From an uncultured Geobacter sp. (lineage in GTDB: Bacteria > Desulfobacterota > Desulfuromonadia > Geobacterales > CAIOGM01): a stretch of 64,000 nucleotides of DNA. The DNA lies in NCBI GenBank assembly GCA_903902855.1, contig CAIUWK010000068.1, positions 3,363-67,362 of the forward strand, read 5' to 3'. Below the pieces are notes generated by a model. The model saw only the letters and a program-made list of their open reading frames with translations, made no database searches and was not told the origin of the DNA. Shown in pieces: positions 1 through 8,341 of the stretch. The position numbers were made by a program, and so were the translations under genes. Position 1 is the stretch's first letter, and the number at the start of each line of letters is the position of its first letter.

Positions 1-10
1 CCGTTAAAAT

Positions 11-54
11 CCGTTCTACGTTCTACGTTTCACCCTTCACTCTTCACCATTCCC
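11..54. repeat. 7-nt-period tandem array (CGTTCTA/CCCTTCA type)
   Basis: ccgttcta cgttcta cgtttca cccttca ctcttca ccattcc. Confidence 0.85.
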
Positions 55-279
55 TGATTCACCTTGATCCACCGGCGTGGGTTTTCTGTCCACACGATAC
101 TTCCGGCCATCGGCGGTAATGATAATGAGCACCGTTCCTTCTTCCCGCCAGTTCAGCACATCGTCAGGCGTCAATTCCCGTTCCAGCGGCGCAAAGCGAT
201 TTCCCTCCTCACCCTTCACCACCTGATTCGTCCGGAACGTCAATCCCGCCAGATATTTCTTATTGATCGGTTTCGCCAT
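37..279 (-). CDS. small phage protein (80 aa), unknown function
   Basis: ATG at 279 is preceded by an AAGGAGAG Shine-Dalgarno (SD) sequence and overlaps the stop of the Mu F-like gene by 20 nt. The 117-aa form in the ORF track has no SD. G/E-rich acidic tail. Confidence 0.5.
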   Translation of the reverse strand: MAKPINKKYLAGLTFRTNQVVKGEEGNRFAPLERELTPDDVLNWREEGTVLIIITADGRKYRVDRKPTPVDQGESGNGEE

Positions 280-1198
280 CTGTCTCTCCTTTACTGATGT
301 ATTTTTTACCCTTCCACAACTTATCCTGCCGGTCATCAAACACATTCGCAAAGTCCTGAGCCGTGCCCCAATCCGGGTGGTGCGGAACATGCGTACAGCC
401 GCACCGAATCACCTCGCTTATGGGGGCGTTGGGGTCCCGGGGGAACTGCACCCCATAATCTCCCGGATAAGTCCGGTAAAAAGGTGCATCTATCTCCCTC
501 ACCTGACCATGCATGAGTAAATGAATCTGTCTCCCTACCTTGGGATGACCCGAATGCAGCCACATCTTCTGTAGCCCCGGCACCGACTCGAACCCCGCCT
601 CAAGACTCTTTTGAGCCGCCATGGAGAACGCCCGCCCCAGCTCCGTCCCGGTGATCACCTCGGCTCGCTCCGCCACCGACTTGAAGACGTTGCGCCCCTT
701 GATCATGGGGAGCGTCTCCGGGAGATCGCCCACAATCGCCTGCGCCACCTCTTGTGACGTCTTCTGCCCCAGCATCCCCAGCGTCAACTCCGCCTTGATC
801 TTCGTCGCCGCCTCGCCCGCCACGCCGTTGATCTTCCCCCAGCTGAACGCCTGGAGCTGGTCAAGCACATCGGTGGAAATACCGAATTGCCCCAGGTACA
901 TCCGCGCCGCTCCCGCCAATTCCGGCAACTGCTCCATCCCGGCGCTCCAGGCATCGTTCAGGCCGGAAGAGATGATTGACCGCGCCCCACCGGCCCAGGT
1001 CGCCAGATGCTGATCAATGGCGGCCAGCGTCTGCTGCAGCCGATATGCGGAAAAAGAATCCGTGGGCGCCGTCAACAACTCCATGGCCACCTGTTGCCGG
1101 ACCTCCTCCAGCGTTTGCACCACCGCCGCCTGTCCGGTGATGATTCGGGCCTCCTGATCGGCGATAATGCGCTTGAGTGTGTCGGACACGGTCGGCAT
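260..1198 (-). CDS. head morphogenesis protein, Mu F / SPP1 gp7 family
   Basis: 312 aa. C-terminal HPKVGRQIHLLMHGQ...PRDPNAP...IRCGCT resembles the Phage_Mu_F domain. Follows the portal gene as in Mu (gp29-gp30). Confidence 0.8.
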   Translation of the reverse strand: MPTVSDTLKRIIADQEARIITGQAAVVQTLEEVRQQVAMELLTAPTDSFSAYRLQQTLAAIDQHLATWAGGARSIISSGLNDAWSAGMEQLPELAGAARMYLGQFGISTDVLDQLQAFSWGKINGVAGEAATKIKAELTLGMLGQKTSQEVAQAIVGDLPETLPMIKGRNVFKSVAERAEVITGTELGRAFSMAAQKSLEAGFESVPGLQKMWLHSGHPKVGRQIHLLMHGQVREIDAPFYRTYPGDYGVQFPRDPNAPISEVIRCGCTHVPHHPDWGTAQDFANVFDDRQDKLWKGKKYISKGETDGETDQ

Positions 1199-1310
1199 GG
1201 CTACGGAGTACCCCTTTAAACTGGTTTACAGCTGTTTATAAACCGGGTATTTCTCAAAACTGATACCGTCATAGCCTCATGAACCTTGCAACGCCTTAGA
1301 ACCCGAAAAA

Positions 1311-1412
1311 CCGGGACCTGGGACCGGGGACCGGTTCAAGCCGTTGCCGGTCCCGAGTCCCCGCTTCTCGTTCTGCTTTTGTCTTTACCGGTCCCCGGTC
1401 CCTGGTCCCCGC
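1311..1412. repeat. inverted pair of 7-nt arrays (GGGACCN x3 ... NGGTCCC x3)
   Basis: ccgggacctgggaccggggaccgg at 1311-1334 and ccggtccccggtccctggtccccgc at 1388-1412, spanning the portal stop. Confidence 0.85.
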
Positions 1413-2799
1413 TTTGCGTATAATCCTTCCACCCCGGCTCTTCCTGCGCGATCATCGTCTCCGGATCAATCTCAAACCCGATGAGGGCGATAACGAACGC
1501 GAACAGTTTCGTCGCCGTGGGAGGATCAATCCATCCCTGACTTGCTCCCACCACGATGGCCGCCGTGATCTGCTGCACCGCCGTGGAGATCTTCGTCAGG
1601 TCTCGATTACTCGTCTCCGGCTTCTGGATAGAGAACGAGAATGCCTCTTCCGCCGGTACGTTCAGGTATCGGGCATCCAGGGCCGATTGAATCACATAGG
1701 TGAAGATCGTCTCCAGCATGTACTTCACCAGATTCTGCCGGCTGTCGATGAGCGCCATGATCGGCTCGTTACTCTCCCCCGCCGTAGCCCGGTTCACATC
1801 CCCGCCGCCGCCGTACCAATGCTCCGGAAAACTCTTGTTCCCCAGAATGTGATTCCGGAACACCCCCGCTGCTTCCTTTAACTCCACCGCCGCCAGATTG
1901 GGCGCCACCGCGTTCCAGGTCGTTTTCTCGTTATGGACCCGTATCTCCCCTTCGCCCTTCACTGCGTAGTCGTTGGCGGACTTCCGGCAGGTGGCCTCAT
2001 CGGCTCCCTCCATCTTCACATCCCAGATAAAGGCATTCTGCCGCCTCGCCTTGTCAGCGAAGTTGAAAACAAACTCTTCATATTCGGCCAGCCAGTCAGC
2101 AATTACGAACAGATCAGACGTTCCGTAGGGGTCATTGCTCACCCGATTGATGGCGAACAGAAAGCACTCCCCATCGGTGAAGGTCTCGCGCATGATCCGC
2201 GCATCCTGAGAGATAACCGTTTCCGTCTCGCCGATGAGGATAATCCGCAAGTGCCGCGTTTCCGCCGTATGCAGGCTCTGAATCTTTACCCCGATGAGCA
2301 CCTCGGCGTTCTGCGGGTCGGCATAGATCGTGGAAATCTGCGCCGGGTCCACCATCCCCAGCCGAACCCGTCCCGTCTGCTCCGCCTTGAATATCGGCCA
2401 GCACTGCACGCCGAACAAAAACAGCTCCCGAACCTTCTGCTCCAGTTTGATATCCATCCGATTAATGGCGTCGAACCAGAAATCATCCAGAACCTGATTC
2501 ACATCCGGATTGGCCACCGAATAGGTAAAACCTTTCCCCGCCACGAAGGTCGTAAGTGTCTCGATAATCCAATTCCCCAGGGGATTGGTTTTCCAGAGCC
2601 AGTAACAGATCTCCACCTGGCGTGACCAGGCGGCGATAGGGAGTTCCCGATTGGAAGCTCCGGAGAGCCGACGCCACTGCATATCTTCTTGCGCGCCGGA
2701 ACCCATGGCCGCCTGCAGCGCCACCGTCTTGCTCGCCTCGATCTGTTTATCGATCTCCGCGCCGAACAGCCGCCGGGTTATGTACGAGGTAATGCTCAA
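1336..2799 (-). CDS. portal protein, DUF935 / Mu gp29-like
   Basis: 487 aa, located between the large terminase and the Mu F-like gene. The C-terminal GDQGPGTG...SGDSGPATA tail is encoded by GGGACC/GGTCCC repeat arrays. Confidence 0.75.
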   Translation of the reverse strand: MSITSYITRRLFGAEIDKQIEASKTVALQAAMGSGAQEDMQWRRLSGASNRELPIAAWSRQVEICYWLWKTNPLGNWIIETLTTFVAGKGFTYSVANPDVNQVLDDFWFDAINRMDIKLEQKVRELFLFGVQCWPIFKAEQTGRVRLGMVDPAQISTIYADPQNAEVLIGVKIQSLHTAETRHLRIILIGETETVISQDARIMRETFTDGECFLFAINRVSNDPYGTSDLFVIADWLAEYEEFVFNFADKARRQNAFIWDVKMEGADEATCRKSANDYAVKGEGEIRVHNEKTTWNAVAPNLAAVELKEAAGVFRNHILGNKSFPEHWYGGGGDVNRATAGESNEPIMALIDSRQNLVKYMLETIFTYVIQSALDARYLNVPAEEAFSFSIQKPETSNRDLTKISTAVQQITAAIVVGASQGWIDPPTATKLFAFVIALIGFEIDPETMIAQEEPGWKDYTQSGDQGPGTGKDKSRTRSGDSGPATA

Positions 2800-2815
2800 G
2801 GTTCGCTCCGCTCAC

Positions 2816-2836
2816 AGGTTCTAGGTTCTAGGTTTG
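2816..2836. repeat. 7-nt tandem array AGGTTCT x3
   Basis: aggttct aggttct aggtttg. Confidence 0.85.
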
Positions 2837-2847
2837 CACCCTCTCCC

Positions 2848-2873
2848 GTAGGGGCAAGGCGTGCCGTGCCCGG
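2848..2873. repeat. REP-like palindrome, degenerate
   Basis: gtaggggcaaggcgtgccgtgcccgg, between the portal start and the terminase stop. Confidence 0.6.
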
Positions 2874-2890
2874 TCGGGGTGAGGGGTGGT

Positions 2891-4594
2891 TTATCTCCGT
2901 TGAAACAGCCTTCCAAACTTCCCCACCCGCCCCAACAACGACGTCGTCCGCCGGGTATCTTCCCCTTCACTATCCGGCTTGGCGCAGACCGCCACGACCA
3001 TTCCCGACTCCAGCAGACTCTTCAGCATCTCCAACCCATCCGGTCCGTCATCATGTCCCCCCTTACCCTTGGGACGATAATGAATCAACTGCTTGATCAA
3101 CTCCCCCATGCCGTACCGGCGAAACCGAATCCAGCCGTTCTTGATCCAGGGCTGCAGGGTGACTATCCGGAGATCCTTATCCGTGTTCGGCTTCACCGAC
3201 TTCACGTTGATGGTCAGCCCCAGGGCATGCGCTTCCTTCTGGAAACTCTGACTAAAGAACTCCTGAAACTGGATCTCTTCCATGGCCAGCTCGTCAAAGG
3301 GGTCCCGCTGGTGATAGGTCAGGATGTCCGTCATGATCCGGTCGGGGTGGCGCTTCTCGATATCCGCCACATCCACGTAGAGGATGCCGTCCTTCAGCCT
3401 CCCTCCCATGATCGCCGAAGGGTCGGCGTTCCGGCTCTTCTTCCCCAGGGACGGGTCACACGCCCCGCCATGCTTCACCCCGGAGAGATCCACCTCGTCT
3501 TCATCGTAATACTGAATCCACTCTTCCAGAAAGACCGCGTCCTCCGGGTTGATCGGTTCATTCTGCTTTTCGCTCTCGAAGTACGCCGGGCCGTCACTCA
3601 CCCGCATCTTCATCAGGTAGTAATACGGCTCCATCTCCGGCCAGAGCACCTCCGTGTGCCGGAGCATCTCTTCCCGGTGCGCCTCGAAGTAGGTATCGGC
3701 GGCGATCTCCGCCGCTTCCTTCCCCACGGTCAAATCAGCGTAGAGCCGTTCCCACTCTTCCCACCGCTTGAAGGCCTGCGACCACTTCATCACCGCCTTG
3801 AACTTCTGCCCCTTCCACCCCGGTTTTAGCAACAGCCGCGACAGCAGCGAGTCATAATGGAGAATCGTCCCCACCACGATAAAGACCGTATCCGGCTGGC
3901 CGATCTTCATCAAAGCCTTGAAGAACCAGTTCTCCAGCTTCTTCCGCTGTTCCGGACTCTCCACCGCCTCATCGTTCTCCAGGTCATCCACGACAACCAG
4001 ATCCGGTCGGCTACTCCCGTGACGCAACCCCCGCAGCTTCTGTCCCGCTCCGGCCCCCTGGATCTTCACCCCGTTGCGGGTAATGATCTGATCCGCCGTC
4101 CACTTGGGACCCTCGCCGCAGAGCTCCGGAAAATCCTGTTGCAGCCGCTCGTTGGTCTCCAGCTCCAGCTTGATGAACGAAAGAAAGCTCTCCGCCTGAC
4201 TCCGAGTCTCTGAGACGATCAGCGCATACTTCCGCTTCCGAAAGGCCGCCACCCAGAGCGGCAAACCGAAGGTCCCCCAGGTGGACTTGGCATTACCCCG
4301 GGGAGCGGCGTTGGCCTCCTTATCTCCCTGTCCGACCTCCACCGCCGTCCGGATCATCTCCAGATACCGCTTGGAGAAGTACTGATGCAGTCGACTTGAC
4401 GGCTTATTGAAGTAGTGCGGAAAATAGGTTGTGCAAAAGAAGTCCAGGCTTTGGGAAGCGCGCGCCTTGCGCGCCTTCTGCTCACCCCGCCCTGAATCAT
4501 CGGCAAAAGGTTTGGCCGCCGCCTGGATCATCTGGCGCAGCGCCTCAACCTCCTTGTCGAACACCTTCTGTTTTGCCTGACTCACCGCCGCCAT
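2891..4594 (-). CDS. terminase large subunit, Mu gp28-like
   Basis: 567 aa. Walker A-like PRGNAKST and Walker B-like LVVVDDLEND. Directly upstream of the portal gene. Confidence 0.8.
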   Translation of the reverse strand: MAAVSQAKQKVFDKEVEALRQMIQAAAKPFADDSGRGEQKARKARASQSLDFFCTTYFPHYFNKPSSRLHQYFSKRYLEMIRTAVEVGQGDKEANAAPRGNAKSTWGTFGLPLWVAAFRKRKYALIVSETRSQAESFLSFIKLELETNERLQQDFPELCGEGPKWTADQIITRNGVKIQGAGAGQKLRGLRHGSSRPDLVVVDDLENDEAVESPEQRKKLENWFFKALMKIGQPDTVFIVVGTILHYDSLLSRLLLKPGWKGQKFKAVMKWSQAFKRWEEWERLYADLTVGKEAAEIAADTYFEAHREEMLRHTEVLWPEMEPYYYLMKMRVSDGPAYFESEKQNEPINPEDAVFLEEWIQYYDEDEVDLSGVKHGGACDPSLGKKSRNADPSAIMGGRLKDGILYVDVADIEKRHPDRIMTDILTYHQRDPFDELAMEEIQFQEFFSQSFQKEAHALGLTINVKSVKPNTDKDLRIVTLQPWIKNGWIRFRRYGMGELIKQLIHYRPKGKGGHDDGPDGLEMLKSLLESGMVVAVCAKPDSEGEDTRRTTSLLGRVGKFGRLFQRR

Positions 4595-4606
4595 AATCGC
4601 CTTATC

Positions 4607-4634
4607 GTAGGGGCACGGCGCGCCGTGCCCCTAC
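4607..4634. repeat. REP-like 28-nt perfect palindrome
   Basis: GTAGGGGCACGGCGCGCCGTGCCCCTAC, between the DUF1804 stop and the terminase start. Confidence 0.9.
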
Positions 4635-4635
4635 A

Positions 4636-5094
4636 TCAATACTTTTCCCGTCCCCACTGGATAATGTCGTCAAAATTATCTTGAATCGCCGCCGTCACCT
4701 CCGGCGCATGCTTGCCGCCGTAATCGATGAGATCCTTGATGAACTGCAAAAACATCTCCCCCCGCTGCCGGGCTATGGCGTCCGTCGCTTCCCGGGCCGC
4801 GCGGGTCCGCTTGTCCAGGATCGCTTCGATCTTGCTGAGAGCATCCAGATAGCTCCCTGCCTGCAACGGCGCCGCCGATACCTGCACCATGATCTCGTCG
4901 CGGACCCTGACCAGGTTAGCCTCGTAATTGTCCTTCGCCGCCTTGGCCTTATCCCAGCCACCCCATTCCCGCCACTCGGAGAGTGTCTGCCGGGAGATAT
5001 CAAGGGTATCGGCAATGGCGGTCAGGGTCTGGCCGTCAACGAACAGCTGCCGCGCCACCGGCTCCAGTCGCGCCCGATCACCTTTCGCTGCCAT
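4636..5094 (-). CDS. DUF1804 / Mu gp27-like protein (candidate small terminase)
   Basis: 152 aa. N-terminal HTH-like LTAIADTLDISRQTLSEW. Immediately upstream of the large terminase. Confidence 0.65.
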   Translation of the reverse strand: MAAKGDRARLEPVARQLFVDGQTLTAIADTLDISRQTLSEWREWGGWDKAKAAKDNYEANLVRVRDEIMVQVSAAPLQAGSYLDALSKIEAILDKRTRAAREATDAIARQRGEMFLQFIKDLIDYGGKHAPEVTAAIQDNFDDIIQWGREKY

Positions 5095-5339
5095 CAGGCC
5101 AGCTCCTTCCGCAGTCGTGCGATATCCGCCCTAACCTTGATCAATTCACCCCAGGAGCTTTTCAGGATATCCCACTGCTCATCAAGCTGAGGAATCTCCA
5201 TGTCCCAGACCTCAATCAGAGAGGTATTGAGCCCCTGCCGAATGGCCTTGGCGCCGGATTCCATCCGCATCATCAGCCTGGTCTCGTCCTGATCCAGCCC
5301 GGCCAGCTTCCCCTTCATCGCCGCTCGTTCCAGATTCAT
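5094..5339 (-). CDS. phage protein (81 aa), unknown function
   Basis: ATG at 5339 forms an ATGA overlap with the stop of the upstream gene (plus-strand tcat at 5336-5339). Coiled-coil-like sequence. Confidence 0.5.
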   Translation of the reverse strand: MNLERAAMKGKLAGLDQDETRLMMRMESGAKAIRQGLNTSLIEVWDMEIPQLDEQWDILKSSWGELIKVRADIARLRKELA

Positions 5340-5683
5340 CCTTGTCTCTCCACTCTCTGATCTTTGCGCATCATGGGACAAAAGAGGTTGCTATCGACAC
5401 GTTCCTTTACCTGGGTCATCGTCTGGGTATTCAGCACCAGGATATCCTGCATCCCCGCGGCAAACTTCTCATAGTTCACCACCAGCTTGACGTTATCCTC
5501 GTACATCTTCACCGCCGCCTCGTGGCGCTTTTCGATGGAGCGGGAGATAAACCCCATGGCCACCCACGGCCCGAAGGTAATGGCGATGGCAATCGAACCC
5601 AGTGGCCAGGTTCCCACATTGGACATAAAAGCTGACATCGCTGTAAGTGCGGCAATCTGATCAGGGGTCACAGCGCTCTCCAA
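5336..5683 (-). CDS. phage membrane protein (DUF2730-like position)
   Basis: 115 aa with hydrophobic stretch WPLGSIAIAITFGPWVAMGFI. Lies in the Mu gp25-like slot before the packaging genes. Confidence 0.5.
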   Translation of the reverse strand: MESAVTPDQIAALTAMSAFMSNVGTWPLGSIAIAITFGPWVAMGFISRSIEKRHEAAVKMYEDNVKLVVNYEKFAAGMQDILVLNTQTMTQVKERVDSNLFCPMMRKDQRVERQG

Positions 5684-5883
5684 TTTTCATGCATGGTTTG
5701 ACAATCGATACATCTGAGGCAACCGGGTGACGCCTTGCGACGGGCCTCTGGTATCACTTCATCGCAATCAAGACAGGTGACGCGTGACGCTTGCCCGGTC
5801 CCTGAGCGAAGTCGAAGGGCCAAGGCCCGTTGTATAAACGCCTCATTGATCTCCTGAGCGCAATCGACATCATCCACGGGCAT
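5668..5883 (-). CDS. TraR/DksA-family C4 zinc-finger protein
   Basis: 71 aa. CLDC-x17-CLRCIDC four-cysteine motif, as in phage TraR-like proteins. Confidence 0.7.
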   Translation of the reverse strand: MPVDDVDCAQEINEAFIQRALALRLRSGTGQASRVTCLDCDEVIPEARRKASPGCLRCIDCQTMHENWRAL

Positions 5884-6274
5884 CTGGTCCAGGCGGTTCG
5901 TGTAAGGGCGGTTCGTGTAAGGGCGGTTCGCGAACCGCCCCTACCTCTGTCGGCATTCCTGCAGCGCCTTCAACAGCGCCTCGTTGTCCGAGTAGAGGTT
6001 GTCCACCGTCTGTTTCTGCACCGTGATCGTCTCCCCGCCGGGAATCACTACCGCCGAGGGCGAGGCGCACCCGGTCATGCTGAGCAGCGACAACAGCATC
6101 AACCCCGTGACCATCATTAACGGCGAGCCGCTCCCGTTCGGCCTGGACATACATCGAGACTTCTTCATCTGCTTGCTCCTCCGCCCGTTGGGGCTTGGCC
6201 TTCACCCACGCTCCCAGGATGATGCTCAAAAGTCCCAACAATGCCGTAATCGCGGCGATGATCCCGGCAGCCAT
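5870..6274 (-). CDS. putative i-spanin (Rz-like)
   Basis: N-terminal transmembrane (TM) helix AAGIIAAITALLGLLSIILGAW, then a charged region. Start overlaps the holin stop (TGATG). Contains the o-spanin ORF in another frame. The tail reads through a REP cluster. Confidence 0.45.
   Translation of the reverse strand: MAAGIIAAITALLGLLSIILGAWVKAKPQRAEEQADEEVSMYVQAERERLAVNDGHGVDAVVAAQHDRVRLALGGSDSRRGDDHGAETDGGQPLLGQRGAVEGAAGMPTEVGAVREPPLHEPPLHEPPGPDARG
5891..5944. repeat. REP cluster (two half-units plus one full palindrome)
   Basis: aggcggttcgtgta, agggcggttcgtgta, agggcggttcgcgaaccgcccctac. Confidence 0.9.
5941..6168 (-). CDS. putative o-spanin lipoprotein (Rz1-like), embedded
   Basis: Lipobox LSMTG-C after a hydrophobic signal. 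Short ~41-aa mature part with a Cys near the C-terminus. Lies entirely inside the i-spanin ORF in a different frame. Confidence 0.6.
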   Translation of the reverse strand: MKKSRCMSRPNGSGSPLMMVTGLMLLSLLSMTGCASPSAVVIPGGETITVQKQTVDNLYSDNEALLKALQECRQR

Positions 6275-6561
6275 CAGGGGGTAGGCTGCTTCTGCAAGAG
6301 AAACTTGAGGCTCTTGGTCACGGAATCAACCAGACCGTTCCCCCTGAACCAGGGGGAGGAACCCATCAGTTCCGACAGCGCCAGCCCGATAGCGAGAATC
6401 GCGGAAAGATTCTCCTTTAGCCAGAGCACCAGCGAAGCCGGCGGGACCGTCAACTTCGGCACGATAGGGACCACCGGCAGAGGCTCAGCGCCCCACGCGC
6501 AAATGACCATAGTGAGACAAACGATGAAGAAAACAGCGTTGATAATACGATAACTTTTCAT
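6274..6561 (-). CDS. putative holin / small lysis membrane protein
   Basis: 95 aa with two hydrophobic segments. ATGA overlap with the endolysin stop, and 1-nt overlap with the i-spanin start. Confidence 0.4.
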   Translation of the reverse strand: MKSYRIINAVFFIVCLTMVICAWGAEPLPVVPIVPKLTVPPASLVLWLKENLSAILAIGLALSELMGSSPWFRGNGLVDSVTKSLKFLLQKQPTP

Positions 6562-7043
6562 ACCGGATTCTCCTTGGGTTGGAACTTCATGATATGGTCG
6601 ACGTACTCCTGATTCAGGAACCTACCGGCGGCATCCTTCCTGGGAGTTCCGGCGTTGTAAGCAGCCGCAACCCCTGCCCACCCCAGCGCATCGTAATGCC
6701 GGTCACGGAACCGGGCCAGGTGACGGCAGCCGTACTCCATCCCCGTGGCCGGGTCGCAGAGCTCCGGCAGAAATTCACCCTTGAACCCGTACTCCCGGGC
6801 CACCTGACCCATGATCTGCATCAATCCCCAGGAGCAGGCCCGGGTCGTCCGTTCCGTCTCGTGACTGGCGCCGAATACCTGGCACTGATCCGGCACGTAA
6901 TGAGCACGGAAAGCCGCCTCGAAGCGGACCGCCCACGGATCACCGCCGCTCTCGGTATTGATGACACCGCAGATAAGCCATTCAGGCAAACAGAACCGCG
7001 CCGCGTATTCGGCAATAAGTTTTTGTATCTCGGGAGTAAGCAC
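6558..7043 (-). CDS. lytic transglycosylase (SLT domain) endolysin
   Basis: GVINTESGGDPWAV catalytic-Glu motif. GTG at 7043 has an AAAGGA SD. The longer start at 7094 would place an intrinsic terminator hairpin inside the ORF. Confidence 0.75.
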   Translation of the reverse strand: MLTPEIQKLIAEYAARFCLPEWLICGVINTESGGDPWAVRFEAAFRAHYVPDQCQVFGASHETERTTRACSWGLMQIMGQVAREYGFKGEFLPELCDPATGMEYGCRHLARFRDRHYDALGWAGVAAAYNAGTPRKDAAGRFLNQEYVDHIMKFQPKENPV

Positions 7044-7061
7044 GACAAATCCTTTGGGGGG

Positions 7062-7100
7062 GTAAAACGAAAATCCCCCCGTGGCGATAGCCACGGGGGG
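7062..7100 (-). terminator. intrinsic terminator between the ORF6N-like gene and the lysis cassette
   Basis: On the minus strand: ccccccgtggc-tatc-gccacgggggg followed by ATTTTCGTTTT. Confidence 0.7.
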
Positions 7101-7146
7101 AAGATAACAAATCTATTTTCTCAAGTCCCTTGCGGGATTCACAAAG

Positions 7147-7878
7147 TCAGGGGGTCATTTCAGCCTTTTCATCCTGCTCATTCATCCTGATAAATATCTG
7201 CTTGACTGCCTCCCTCGTCCGGTTGAGTTTGACGCCGATAGCTGCCAGGGACAGCCCTTCCTCTGCCAGTTGCCTCGCCTTCGTCTTTTCCTCTTCTGTC
7301 CAACGGCTCTTTCTCACCCATCCCGCCAGTTTCATCTCGGCAAGCTCCGCCCGACTCTCCAGAAGATTGATGAGGCGGTCCTTGTCGATGGTGGAGCAAT
7401 TAGCCGGCACCCGCTGGTTGAAATAGTTCATCACCAACAGGCGCTGAATATCCCATGACAGATCATCCTTGAATGACTTCACCAGCATCATGTAGCCGGT
7501 CAGTGTTATCATAAATAAATTGCCCCGATATCCCCCCCGAGAATCGCCATTTTCGGATGTTTGAGGGTACGAATTTCGTACCCTCAAACTCTCCTCGTCA
7601 GATATTTGAACCGGTGAATTTCGTACGATCGAACCGTCTCCATATTCTTCGTTTTCCGTTTCTGAATCATCTGACATAAGGTCCGTCCACTCTTCATAGG
7701 GCAGGCTAAAATAATCAACTCCCTCAATGAAGTGTTCCCGATTCTGGTGGAAATTTCGTTTAGCTGTTTTTTCCACCCGCTGATGCAGTTCGTCTATCTC
7801 TCGAAGCGTCAGCACCGGTTCATTGCGATACAGCCGTTTTTCCAGCATCCGGTCATTAATCTTGACAAGTGTTCCCAT
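7147..7878 (-). CDS. ORF6N/KilA-N-like DNA-binding protein with C-terminal Myb/SANT-like HTH
   Basis: LTLREIDELHQR...NFHQNREHFIEGVDYF and ...GYMMLVKSF resemble an ORF6N domain split by an acidic insert. C-terminal WTEEEKTKARQLAEEGLS. AGGAGG SD. Confidence 0.55.
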   Translation of the reverse strand: MGTLVKINDRMLEKRLYRNEPVLTLREIDELHQRVEKTAKRNFHQNREHFIEGVDYFSLPYEEWTDLMSDDSETENEEYGDGSIVRNSPVQISDEESLRVRNSYPQTSENGDSRGGYRGNLFMITLTGYMMLVKSFKDDLSWDIQRLLVMNYFNQRVPANCSTIDKDRLINLLESRAELAEMKLAGWVRKSRWTEEEKTKARQLAEEGLSLAAIGVKLNRTREAVKQIFIRMNEQDEKAEMTP

Positions 7879-7880
7879 GG

Positions 7881-8096
7881 TTAAACCTCCTGTTGGTAGT
7901 AGTCCAGCGCGGTTTTCACGGCCTCTTCGGCGTCGGAGATAAGCCAGTACAGGCCGGTGAGAGTAACATCGGAAAGGTGACCTTTACGGTCATCGGCAGC
8001 AGTGCAGATCAGGGAGGCCAGCAGGGCGAGTTTGTAGCGGGTTTCGTTGAGGAGATCATACGGGTGCTTGTCGCACCGGGGGCAAGGGGTAATCAT
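7881..8096 (-). CDS. small phage protein (71 aa), CxxC-containing
   Basis: ATG at 8096 with an AAGGAGA SD. The 161-aa form in the track is an unsupported upstream extension. Confidence 0.45.
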   Translation of the reverse strand: MITPCPRCDKHPYDLLNETRYKLALLASLICTAADDRKGHLSDVTLTGLYWLISDAEEAVKTALDYYQQEV

Positions 8097-8341
8097 GGTG
8101 GTTCTCCTTATCTTTTCGAAGTTGGCACTTTCGAAGGTGCCGGGTGGTTCGAAACCGTGATAAGGAACGGCACAGGGCTTTCCCCTTTCGGGTATTGTAT
8201 AGCCCTGTCCACCCGACAGTCCTTTCATACTGTGGGCGCAAAAATACCGCAAATCGGTGCGGGTCCGCCTTATCACTCGTGGTTTCGACGCCACTTGTGC
8301 CGACGGTACCGCAAATTTACCTTGTGCGTCAATAACTTTTC

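Noticed and set aside
6558-7094. Longer endolysin start (GTG at 7094) given in the ORF track
   Set aside because: It has no SD, and the extension would encode the terminator hairpin at 7075-7100. The GTG at 7043 has an AAAGGA SD.
8140-8165. tRNA-like GGTTCGAAACC (T-loop-like) motif
   Set aside because: The flanking bases do not form a T-arm stem (ggtgg versus ccgtg), and no acceptor or anticodon arms can be drawn.
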